Below, piece by piece: positions 49,893-61,005 of a stretch of 64,000 bases of DNA; the stretch's first letter is position 1, and each line of letters starts with the position of its first letter. A program made the translations under genes and the position numbers. Location: NCBI RefSeq assembly GCF_009914755.1, contig NC_060937.1; one strand, 5' to 3'. The notes beneath the pieces are model-generated. The model had not been told where the DNA came from. It worked only from the letters and a program-made list of their open reading frames with translations, and searched no databases. Source of the DNA: the human T2T-CHM13v2.0 reference genome, Homo sapiens.

Positions 49893-49993
49893 TATATGTT
49901 CCTTCGATACCTAGTTTGCTGAGGGTTTTCACCATGAAGGGATGTTGGATTTTATCAAAAGCCTTCTCTGCATCTATTGAGATGATCATATAG
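49893..49993 (-). mobile_element. Isolated ~100-bp internal L1 ORF2 fragment
   Basis: tatgttccttcgatacctagtttgctgagggttttcaccatgaagggatgttggattttatcaaaagcc...catctattgagatgatcat. Confidence 0.88.
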
Positions 49994-51569
49994 TCATTAA
50001 AACTCATGTCCTCACCCCACCCAGTCCCCTCCAGCCCCATCACAGGGAGGAGACAAGAGACACTGCTCTCTTAGGCCACAATTTGAGATCCTAATATAAA
50101 AAGTAAAATACAACTTCAAAATATTTTGTACATTTTCCCTTTTTCCCCACAATTTTTGAGGATTTAATTCTGACCAGGCAATATAATGAAAGAACTGACT
50201 GTGGTTGAACACATCCAAGAAATATCTTTTGCAGGATATAATCTCAGAGATTACACTGCTCAATTCTTTTTAGTCAATCATCTCATTTATTCTTTGAATT
50301 TTCTAAATTGGCATAGGTATTTGTCTTATTTTAACTCTAAAACTATTTTAAAATTTCTAAGTTTAAAACACTCATATTAACATTTCTGTTCTCATACTCA
50401 AAATACGAGATAGTTCTGGGATTTATTGGAGACAAAAACTGGTAAGAGCTAGACAGTAATAAACAAAGATACTAGCACAGAATGTAGACTCAAACCCAGA
50501 AAAAAATCTGTTATGATTCAAAAATACATTATTTAAGCTCCTTATTCTTAAAAAAATCTCTCGTTATTTGCATTCAGTCCTTAAGGGGTCCCGAAATCAA
50601 GAAAGAAAATTAGTTAATTAAGTCTATAAAAAAGAAACCTTCTGGAAGATGAGGTTAAAATTTGGAGGAGAAAGTACATACTCAATGTCAAGGAAAATGT
50701 CTCTTTAGATTATTATAGAGTCATTTAGGTGGATGGTTAGAAGCTTGTAGCTAGAATAGATCTCCAGAGAGTATATTGTAAGAAACCATATTCTTTTGGC
50801 AAATACAGGGACCAGATGCTCTGTGAAGTCTTTCCATCATTTACCTCCTCTAATACCATGATGTGCAGGTGTATGAAACCCTTATAAAAATTTCTGGGCA
50901 TTGCAGGGTATTCTACAGGAAGAAAGAGAAGAGCTCTGTTGATCTTAAGGAAGCTCTTCATGTCTGCGCATATTTCAACACCAAAGCAATTCTAGCTTTA
51001 TGCCAAAATGGATTAGGTTTTAGTTGCCTCTATAAATTCTCTTAAGAGGCTGGGGATTACAGTGGCTTAGATTCCTTTAAAATTACTGAGGGAAGATACA
51101 GATTGGAAAAAAAGGTAGAAGGCCCTGGAAAAAGGGTTCTTGGCCACCATGGTCCCTTGGGGTTCTGACTTGGTCCCTTTGGTCAGGCAGGTGATGAAAG
51201 TGGCCATAGTGGGTTGGCTGCAAATTAATTCTACATTATTCCATACGCGTCTTGGTCTCGTGTGCATTTGTTTTGCATCTATGAAAGAAAGATACCATTC
51301 CTGAAAAACTCTGTTTATAGCAAATCAAGAATATTCCAAATAGATTTTTTAATTACCATGAATAAAAGTAACCAGATTCACCCTGACACTTCAATTCACG
51401 TGGGGCTCTCTGAGACAACAAATGCCCTATCCATTTCAGGGCTGGACTTCAGCTTGCTCCCTTGTAAATCCTCCTGCAATCAAACATCCAGAAATCACTT
51501 TTGCATCTGAAAGCTCAGTACTTGGGTTTGTGCTTCTAAAGTCATCAGGCTGTTAGTAAATACTGCCTG

Positions 51570-51748
51570 GATTTTTAGCTTTGTGATTACATTGGGCCCA
51601 CTGGGATATACTAAGATAATCCTTCCATCTGAACATCTTTAATGTAATCATATCCACAAAGTCTCTCTTCCTTATAAAATCACATAGTCACAGACTCTGG
51701 GGATTAGGATGTGGACTTCTTCAGGAAATCACTATTTAGCCTTCTATA
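51570..51748 (-). mobile_element. MLT1 LTR fragment
   Basis: tgtgattacattgggccca...agataatc...cacagactctggggattaggatgtggac. Confidence 0.8.
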
Positions 51749-52074
51749 GCTCTGAACTACCTACACTCCACTGCTCACCCCTGGGCTTGGGCTTGGGCTG
51801 GGGGATGGGATGGGGGGGGTCCTCCCTTGCCTGCCTGTGTTCCCATGGTGGCACTGCCTCTGGTCTACAGCATCTGAAGGCAATGGGGGTGGGGTACGTA
51901 TCTTTTCCTCTCTTAGTCACTCTGAAGATAATAGCTCAGTCACCAACCTCCGCTCTCACTACTGCCATGAACTATGTGTATAGCTCTGATGCAGCAATAT
52001 TGGGGCAACCCTGGGCTGATTCACCGAAGTAGGCTGTTTTGAAACCTACCAGACCTCCTCTCCTAAATACTAAT

Positions 52075-53210
52075 TATAACAATTTATGATGGATTAAAGA
52101 TCTATATGTGAAAAACAAAATTACAAAGCTTTTTAGAAGGGACTATAAGAAATGCCTTCATGACTTTGAAGGAAGAAAGGGGGAATTTCTTATATAAGAT
52201 ATAAAAATAACTCATCATAAAGGAAAAGGCTACTAACTTTCACAATACAACATTTCTTCATGGAAATATTATAAAAGGAGTGAAAAAGTAAACCAGAGTA
52301 GAAAATATTTGTAGCACACACGATAGACAAGGGATTTGTATCCAGAATATATAAAGAGCTCCTGTAATAAGAAAAAAAACAGACAACACAATTTTTTTTT
52401 TTTTTGAGACTGCGTCTTGCTCTGCCACCCAGGCTGGAATGCAGTGGCATGATCCCAGCTCACTGCAACCTCCATCTCCTGGGTTCAGGTGATTCTCCAG
52501 GATCCAAAGTAGCTGGACTACAGGCGCATGCCACTGTGCCTGGCTGATTTTTGTATTTTTAGTAGAGACAGGATTTCGCCATGTTGGCCAGGCTGGTCTT
52601 GAACTCCTGACCTCAAATGATCTGCCTGCCTCCGCCTCCCAAAGTGCTGGGATTACAAGCACCAGCCATCGCGACTGACCACAACACAAATTTTTAAGTA
52701 TGCAAAATTCTTGAACTGGTTCTTCACATGGAAGGAAATCCAATAGCCATTATTTATGTGGGAGTAAACTCAACCTCATTAGTAATATGGGAAATGCAAA
52801 TTAAAACGACAAGGAGATACAACAATATACTCATTAAAATTGGTATATATAAAAAATATGAAAATACTTGATGTTTGTGTTTGTGTGAATGTGAAACATC
52901 AGACACTCTTATACTCTGACACTGCTGGTGGGAAGGAAAATAGAAACTACCTCTTTGAAAAACAGAATAGTGTTATTTAGTAAATTGGAAGCTATATACA
53001 CCATATCACCTAGTTATTCCACATTAGATTTCCTAGAGATTATGTGCTTTTATGTGTAAGCGAGTACATGTCTAAGTATGTCTATGGTTGTACAGCTTTT
53101 AGTTGCCCCAAACTGGAAACAACTTAAATGTCAAGAACAGACATATAATAGATATATAATAGTATACACAGTGGAATACTACACAACAATGAAAATTAAT
53201 AAACTCAATG
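52075..53210 (+). mobile_element. L1ME 3' region, split by an Alu
   Basis: atggattaaagatcta, tccagaatatataaagagctcct, gggaaatgcaaattaaaac, aaactggaaacaacttaaatgtc. Confidence 0.85.
52392..52680 (-). mobile_element. AluSx/Sz
   Basis: Full antisense dimer with a small right-arm deletion; TSD acaacacaa(a)tttt. Confidence 0.94.
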
Positions 53211-53211
53211 T

Positions 53212-53395
53212 TCAGTCACTCATTCTATTCAAACTTTATTGAACTCCTTTATTCTAAACACTAAGCTAGAAGTAAAAATAAATTAAAGCCAACCTTCTCC
53301 TAGAATAACTCCCAGGGGGAAAAAGCAGGTAAGCAAATAGTTATAATTAAGTGTGATAGGTTAATGAAAGACTATACTTACAAAGAGTGCTTTAT
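53212..53395 (-). mobile_element. L2 3' fragment
   Basis: ttcagtcactcattctattcaaactttattgaac...aaatagttataattaagtgtgata. Confidence 0.6.
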
Positions 53396-54034
53396 GGATT
53401 TATCACACTGTACCTTCTCCCTCTCCTAGCTAAGGCAAAACAAAACATAACTTTTATCTCTTTCCTTCTCTCTTTGACATTAAAACAGAATTAAGCTGAG
53501 GCTATACATATAGTATTTTGGAAAAGAAAATCTTAAATTACAACCCCAAAAGCAAATTTTAACAGTTTAAATCCCATACGTTCTCAGAGTAATTTATATA
53601 TTATGATGATCAGGCATAGCCATGCATCTCTGGAGCAATTCCTTTGCTTTTAATATTATGGGCACTGTGAATTGTGAAACTAATCAGGTCTCTTTTATGA
53701 ATTGACTTCTACATGATTACAATCAAATTTGAGTCTACCCACAAGCATATATTATGCATTTTTCCTAAGTCGTATTCCTTGACCTCTGTTTTTCTCTTTC
53801 CCTTCTCATCTGCTTCTGATGTACCTTACTGTGTTTTATTACTTACATTCTATGTATTAAAGCCAGAATAAGTGCTTTCTGGGACAATCTAAGGAATGCA
53901 TGAATAGAGTAGAATTATGGAATAGGATAAGATAGATATTGATTCATCCCCTTCAAGAACAGCAAGTGTTCTGAGGAAGGAGACAGTGTTACTCATCTTT
54001 GTCCCTGCAGTATAATGCCAGACGCAGAGTAGGT

Positions 54035-54358
54035 GTTATAGTCAGCTTTCCCTAGACTATGCTGCAAGGTAAACAAGCTCCAAATCTCAGTAGCTTACAA
54101 CAATCAATATTTATTTCTTGGTCACATTACATGCGGTCTGCAGTTCAGCTGGACTCTGTTAGACTCGGCTCCATGTGTCTTCTCATTCTGGAATCTAGGT
54201 CAAAGGGGAAGCCACTATCTAAGATATGGTACTAGGGAACAGTGTCAGCCATACCATACAATACAATGGCATTTAAAGCTTCTGTTCAGTCACAGCAAAG
54301 GTCATGTCTGGTTACTCCCATTGGTTAAAGCAAGCGAAGGTGGGCAATTGTGAACTAT
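54035..54358 (-). mobile_element. MLT1 (MLT1J/K-like) LTR inside an L2 3' end
   Basis: caaatctcagtagcttacaacaatcaatatttatttctt, ccattggttaaagcaag; L2 pieces on both sides. Confidence 0.75.
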
Positions 54359-54644
54359 CAGTATTTAATAAATGTTTGCTAAATAAGTGCTACAATAATT
54401 AGCATAGTAGTTGAGCTACAATACAAGGTAAGGTTCCTATGCCATGAGAGATTGCTCTCAGACAAGTAACCCACCTAGGTGTGCCTCATAGGAGACTGGA
54501 TAATTAGAGCGAAATATTTCCTCTATTCCCTCATAATTCAATGAACAATACTAATAAAAAATGAGAGGAGAGTTCATAGGCTGATTCATTCTTCATCTCT
54601 TAGAACAAACTTTTGTGTGCCTAAGAATCACTTGGGGAGCCTGT

Positions 54645-54648
<4 letters not shown>

Positions 54649-54704
<56 letters not shown>

Positions 54705-54850
54705 GTATTTATATATATAAATAAATTGAATATATATTATGTATATATGTGTGTATATATATACACACATATATATACACACACATATGTATGTGTGTAT
54801 ATGTGTGTGTATGTATGTACGCGTGTGTATGTATGTACGTGTGTGTATTT
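54649..54850. repeat. (TA)~25 followed by compound TA/TG/CA/TATG repeat, inside a MER5-like element (~54605-54945)
   Basis: Seen directly; left flank agaatcacttggggagcctgttaaa is MER5-like. Confidence 0.95.
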
Positions 54851-55129
54851 ACATGTATCCAGTGAAATAGTCTCTGGAACCAGCAGCTTATGTTTCTAAG
54901 CTCTCTCTGTGTTTCTGAAGACAGCTTGGTGTGGAACCTTGCTCTGCAATCAGGGGCAACTCTGGCCTTGGTAGAGGAAACTTCTTCTCAGTCCCTGCCA
55001 CCCTAGAATCCCAAGAAGGGCAGCCTTCACTTTTTCAGCCTTCTCTTCCCTCCACCGCAAGGAGGTGTGTGGGCAAGAGCTGGCTCCTCTGGGCTTGCAC
55101 CATACCTGAACATGCCTCATGTCACTGGT

Positions 55130-55265
55130 TGCATGATACTGTAATTATATATGTTCCTGTCTGTGAGTACCCACCTGAGTGCTGGGAACTCATCTTGTTT
55201 GCCTTCACATCCTCAGTGCCAACCCATGACTCAGGTAGAATAAATGCTTATTGGATAAATTTAAA
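55130..55265 (+). mobile_element. L2 3' end
   Basis: catcttgtttgccttcacatcctcagtgcc...aataaatgcttattggataaat. Confidence 0.65.
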
Positions 55266-55301
55266 TTAATTTATTGTGTTAGTAATCCCTATCTATCACA
55301 G

Positions 55302-55489
55302 CAGCAGTTCTCAAACCTTAGCATGCACAGGATCATTTGGAGGTCATATTAACAGACCGTTGGGCCTTTCCCCCAGAGTTTCTGATTCACTAGGACTGAG
55401 GAGGGGCTAAGAACTGGCACTTCTAACAAGCTCCCAGGTGACAGCCATACTGCCACTGCTGGTGCAGATCCACAGCTGGGGGACCCCTG
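55302..55489. mobile_element. MER5A (hAT-Charlie)
   Basis: cagcagttctcaaacctt...ccccagagtttctgattca...ttctaacaagctcccaggtga. Confidence 0.88.
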
Positions 55490-56161
55490 CATGAGAGTAC
55501 CTTATCTTAGCTTTTTTTTCTTGTCTATAGAATTCTGGGCAGGTTTTGTTTGTAAAAACTTGCCCAGAAAGATTAACAACAGCTTTCAAAATTGCAAATC
55601 AGTTTGCCACGGCTTTAAATGTCCAATCACATCAGTCCACAAACTTAGGTATGACAAAAATCTATCTTTGTGATGCCATTGCTGAATTCATTTTATCTCC
55701 AAAGGCTCCCAAGGGCTAGAATCCATAGTCCCTGTGGTATCCCAAGAACAGTTTTGACACGCAGTTAATTGCCATATAAATATTTGCTGAGTAGATGAAC
55801 AAGTGATGCCAGAGTATCTTCTAGCCTTCACACTTCCTCTGCTTTCAGGGTCATTTTGTGCCCTGCTGTCACTGCTACCCATGACTCTAGCAGGTGTGAT
55901 TTATGGTATATTCTTTCACCAAGGGTTGGGTGCTGGTTCTCCCTCTTCTCAGCCTGTGCATGACCTTCAGGGAAAGGATGCCAGCTCTGTGCTCTCAAGG
56001 ATTGTGGTGGAAAATGTAATTCTCCAGCCTTTTCTCTTTGAAAAAAAACTGAAGTACAACTCTTATCAATCAAAAGACTTAGGCTTTTAAATTTACTGAT
56101 TTGCTTTTGAATTTCATGCACCTTATTTGGAACTCAAAGCCAAAAATTTAACCCTTTATTC

Positions 56162-56846
56162 TGTCAACTGAAGAATGATAAAGTTCATAAATTTTGAAAG
56201 AGTGCTTTATTTCTCATAAAGCAGCCTGCAGAGTGGCCATTCTGACAGGCTGAAAAGTGTAGCCTCTGGTCAGAAGCTGAAAACAGACACTTCAAGGGAG
56301 GGGCAAATGGAATGGGAATTTAAGTTGAGTGAGGTGGCTGAATATAAGTATTCAATAAGCTATTTAAAAACTCCTCAAATATTTATGAGAGAAGAAACGT
56401 GCACATGTGCAAATGAGCTTCATACATGGGCCCCATGTACAAAAAATGGCAGTTTTAGCATGAACACAGGGTAGAGGTTTTGGCACATGACATCAAAGGG
56501 TAAAGCAGAGAACACACAAACCCTTACTGTTCATTCTCCATGGACTGGAACTCTCTTATCAGATTTCTGTGATTGATTGTCCCTTATCAGGCAAAAAGGA
56601 GGGATAGCATTAAGCAGTTGTTGATGTCAGTGGTGGGGTCTTTTGAAAAAGATGGCTTATGTTTAGCCCTTAGGGAAGGAATCTAATGGTGGTTAGCAAG
56701 GACAGGTATATAATGAAGTGTGTCTAACCTCCTATCCTGCCACGGCCGAGAACTCAGTTTTTTTCATGGTTACTCTGGGGTCCTGTTGGCCTAGAGGAGG
56801 TCTATTCAGTTGGTTGAAGGGCTTAGGATTTTATTTTTATTTCTCA
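56162..56846 (-). mobile_element. MER39-like ERV1 solo LTR
   Basis: tgtcaactgaagaat ... gggcttaggattttatttttatttctca termini; near 4-bp TSD attc/gttc. Confidence 0.82.
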
Positions 56847-57597
56847 GTTCATAGCAGATATTTTTCTGTTCTTGTAAAACAAGGAATCTCAGCCTCACTA
56901 TCTAGTTTTAATGTTTCAAAGCAATAAAATAAAAGGAATAAAAAATACATGAATTAGTATTTCAAAATAATATCAATGCTTTATTTTTGTTTATATCATA
57001 TTACATCATCCTCACCATCATGCTAACAAAACAAAATCCCATACAAAATGTTTGTTACAGAGTGCAAATGCCTTTTGAAGATATGGTAGCATCAAATGCC
57101 GTTTGAAGATATGAAGATGGGTAGCGCTGGAGGTGCCACCCACATTTTGTCCATCTTTAGTGATGGAGCCTGAGGCTTGGAAGGAATTCTTACAAACTCA
57201 TTCATGGTGCAAGCAGTTCATTTCCACTCAAGGAATTTCTCAAAGGGATTCTGTCAAGATGCTCCCAAATCAGAGCCTGCTCTGTGGCAGCCTGTCACCA
57301 GCAACATCATCAGAAATGCAGATTTGCTCTGATGTCAAGAAGAATGAAAACAGGTGTCAGTAGCACTTGCAAAAGAACATACCTCCTGTGGCCATTTCAG
57401 TTAATTCAGCCAGGAGAAATTCAGGACACAGACCTGGAAAGTGTGAAGGAACCTGGCAGAATGAATGAGCGTGCTCTGAAATCTGGGCATACTGGTGCTC
57501 TTGGCTCCTACTCATTTTCAGGGTGCCCAAACTGCAGTTTTAAAGAGCAGCAGGCAGCTCTGCAAACACTGAGGTAAGATGTTGAAGGAAGGAAAAG

Positions 57598-57800
57598 AGT
57601 ATTTATTGTCTAATCACGTCCCAGGATTATTACTGAGTGCTCTGCAGACATTATCTAATCATTAAAACAGCTCAAATGCTAACCAGTAATGCAGGGATTC
57701 TGCATTTTACAGACAAGGAAACAGATTCTGTAACTTGCCTAAGATTATACAAAGCCGGATTGGAACCCTGGTCTATAACTTCAAGCCCATGCTCTTTCCA
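57598..57800 (-). mobile_element. MIR
   Basis: cattttacagacaaggaaacaga...taacttgcctaag...ggattggaaccctggtct. Confidence 0.8.
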
Positions 57801-58984
57801 TGACAACATGTGTTCTCTTTCAGTGGTCACAGTTTGGTTCAGAGCAAAGAGAGAAAAGTGGCCAAGACTGACAAAGTGGAACAAGGAGACTTGACCCTTT
57901 TCAAATGCCACAACTCTGCTGGTCTTGCATGATAATGTGTCTGCTTTACCCCTCCCCGATGCAACTCAATGCGGGACAGAGAGAAAAACAAGGACTGTGT
58001 TTCGTGGTGAGCTTCTCTAGGTCAGAGGTGTTGGAAAGGGCAGATTGTTAAAGGAGACACAGACAAAGGGAAGCAGGTGGGCCATCTCTTTTAGAGAGTT
58101 TCTAAGACTGGGCTTAGACCACTTCCCCGCCCCAAACCTATCCCCTTAGGGATGCTTACATAGGGATTTTTAACTGAGCGCAAAATTTTTAATTCTCCAG
58201 GAATGGGAATGAGAGTACGGTAGGATGTTTGTTTATATGCAGTTGTAGAGGGGAGTATCCTTTGGCACTAATAAAAGCACACCCAAACAAAGCCCATTGG
58301 TTTATTTGGAGATACTTGTCCAAGTGAACAGGGACAGTTTAAAAATAAACACTTTTTAAATTTTATTTGGAAAAATGTCCTTCTTCCAGCTCTCTATAAT
58401 GTGACCTCAGGTGACCTTTCTGATTTGGGTGAGTTTCACAAAAGATCCATTTGGGAATGGCAACAGCCTTGAAAGCTTGACCGGACTCCGAGAAGCCTGT
58501 CTGAGAGCTTCCCAAAACATTCTTCCCTGATGTTCACCAAACACCCCTAGGTCAACTTGGGAAGGAGAGCCGGGCCTCATTGGTGTGGGGCCACTGATGC
58601 TCCTTAGAGGTACTCATCCCCGACTGTGCCCATTTGAACACAACCTCTGCTCCCAGTGTCTTTACTGTTCCTTTGCTCTGCTTTATGTCAGCTTTTCTGC
58701 GGCCTTCCATGTTCCCACTTCATTGGATTCAACTCTGTTTAATCTAGTCTAGAGAATTCTCTTTCCAGACACTGCTCGGCACTGCCTCAACCTTACCTGA
58801 AGTTCATATTGCTTTGAATTGTTCCTTTTCTTTCCTTTAGGGAGCAGCCATCTTTCTTATCAAGTTTCTTAACAACAAACACAAGAAATCCTGCTACGGC
58901 TGTAAACTATCTGTTACCAGTCCGTCTCTTTCGAAATTAAACATGATGAGGATTATATTCTCTTCTGCAAGTTTTGGTAATTCA

Positions 58985-59210
58985 ACGTGGTAGAAACAGA
59001 ATGGCTTTTGAATCAAATACATTTATTAACCAGATGAGTTTGGGAAAATTCGATAATATTCCTGAGGCCCAACTTCCTCATCTGCAAAATAGGTATATGA
59101 ATAATTACCTCATATTATTGTAGGAAAGATTAAATGAGATAAGACATCTATCACACTGCCGGGTTGTCAGGTATATAGGCAAAATAATAAATGATTAATA
59201 AGTGCTAGGT
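58985..59210 (+). mobile_element. MIR
   Basis: ggcttttgaatcaaa...acttcctcatctgcaaaatagg...aagattaaatgagataa. Confidence 0.8.
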
Positions 59211-59529
59211 CCTTACCTCATCCTCTTCAAAACATTACATATCTTCCAGAAAATACCATGGTTCTTTGTCTAAAACCTGTCTTCACAAACCAACAACTTA
59301 TACCACATTGCTCTCAAGTGGGATTTGCAAAGCTTGTCTTGCAGAAGAGATACATGCAGGCTCTAAGTTCAGAAAGCATAAATGCTTCCATTTATCCTTC
59401 CCTGGGCCTGCATGTCTGCGAAGGACAAGAAAAAGATTTCAATGGCCTGTTCTGTCAATAAGGCTTTTTCTATAGAATATTCTATTTTAAAATAACAGTT
59501 GCTTGTTTTTAAAATGAGTTTAATCAATG

Positions 59530-60600
59530 GTGTAAAACCAAAAACCACTTTCACTTTTGCAGTCTTGGATTTCCTCTCCCCACTCCCTGATGACAGCTTA
59601 AGTTAGAGCTCATAGTTTTCCTATCACTTCCAGCTATTTTTGAAAACAGTTTTAGTTAGTGCCTAACTGACTTGGGGGTATTAAAAGGTCTGATTCTATC
59701 TAGTATCAAAACTTGAACTTCACAGCCAGTTCATAGCTTCTCCCTCTATCCTTCCGCTCTCCACCAACTCACAGTTGGCTCAGAACCCTACAGTAGGGAA
59801 GGATTGATGTAAGGACTTTGACCTTTCTCCACTGAACTTTCTGGAGCTTCAGAATTAGGGGAAGGGAGAGAGATTAGAGGAAGGCAGGAAAAAGCCCAGT
59901 GTGACTGGTGCTATCCCTGCTAGTGCTGATGGGCTGTTCTGGTCTCCCTTCTGGCAGGCCTACATGTGCTGGTTTTGTCAAGGCATCATTTAGCGTTCTG
60001 TGGAGCCCTCCCCCATCCTCACTGCACACCTTCAGGATATTCTCATTCCCTGACATAGACAATGAACTCTTCAGCAGACTCGTAGAGGCCTCTCTCTCTG
60101 GTGACCATCTGCAACTGCTATTTCTCTCCATCCTTGAGGACCTCATGCGTCTTTCCACAGCAAATGAGGAAGCCCTAGCTCTCTCTCTGCCTTCCATCAG
60201 TGGGTTAAGGGGCTTCTTCAGCTGTCTACCTATCTTCACAATATTCCAGACAGAAATCAGGCATCAGTGTTTATATTCACAGGGACCCTGGTCTACAGAA
60301 AACCCATGCCAACTTCTTGCCATGCTCCATCTCCTCCACTTTAGTGCACCTGGTGGGCCCTGGAGTATCTGCAGCTCAGTGAACATGCAGCTGGAAGTGA
60401 GATGCCAAATATCTCCCCTTGAGACAACCCCAATTGTGGTTAGCATGCCTCTCAGATCCCCAGTACTTGTCTAGGAGGGTAGGAAATGCCATGCTGGCCC
60501 CACTAGGCCAACAGCTTTCCTTCCTTGGTGATCATCTTCTCTTATATAGGCTGACGGTGGCTGGAGGTGAGTGATAGTTTTGATGTCTATTATATCAGAC
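59530..60600 (-). mobile_element. Possible ancient LTR (MamGypLTR-like)
   Basis: Purine-rich minus strand with TATA-like gaatataaa and aagttttgatac...gaccttttaatacc motifs reminiscent of mammalian Gypsy LTRs; recall only. Confidence 0.35.
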
Positions 60601-61005
60601 AGGATCTAATGTCTTTCAGTAGATCTAGCTTAGACATGTCAGGCACTTCATTTTAGTATGTGGAGGCATCTTTTGCTTATTTTCTCTGCTTTAGGGCTTC
60701 AACTAAACTTCCAAGAAAACAGAAAAAAGCTCCATTCAGCATCCTCTTTTAAATTCAAATAATAAGTGACATCATAATTGTTACTGTTATGCAATATACA
60801 AAATATATTGTATTCATTCTTAGGATACAACTAACATCAGATTTTAAAACAGAACCCAGCTGTCTTTCTTGACTCAATCTTTAAAAATTACTACTTTATG
60901 AAAACTTGCCTTTAATTTCTACTTTAAAGAATTTAAAGCCTTCTGTATGTGATGCTGGAGAGAGTCAGACAGTTCACCAGCGGCTCCAAGGCAACAACGA
61001 TAGTA

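Noticed and set aside
52258-52743. 161-aa ORF
   Set aside because: It runs through an Alu and L1ME and gives a typical Alu-derived peptide ([13 protein letters not shown]), so it is not a gene.
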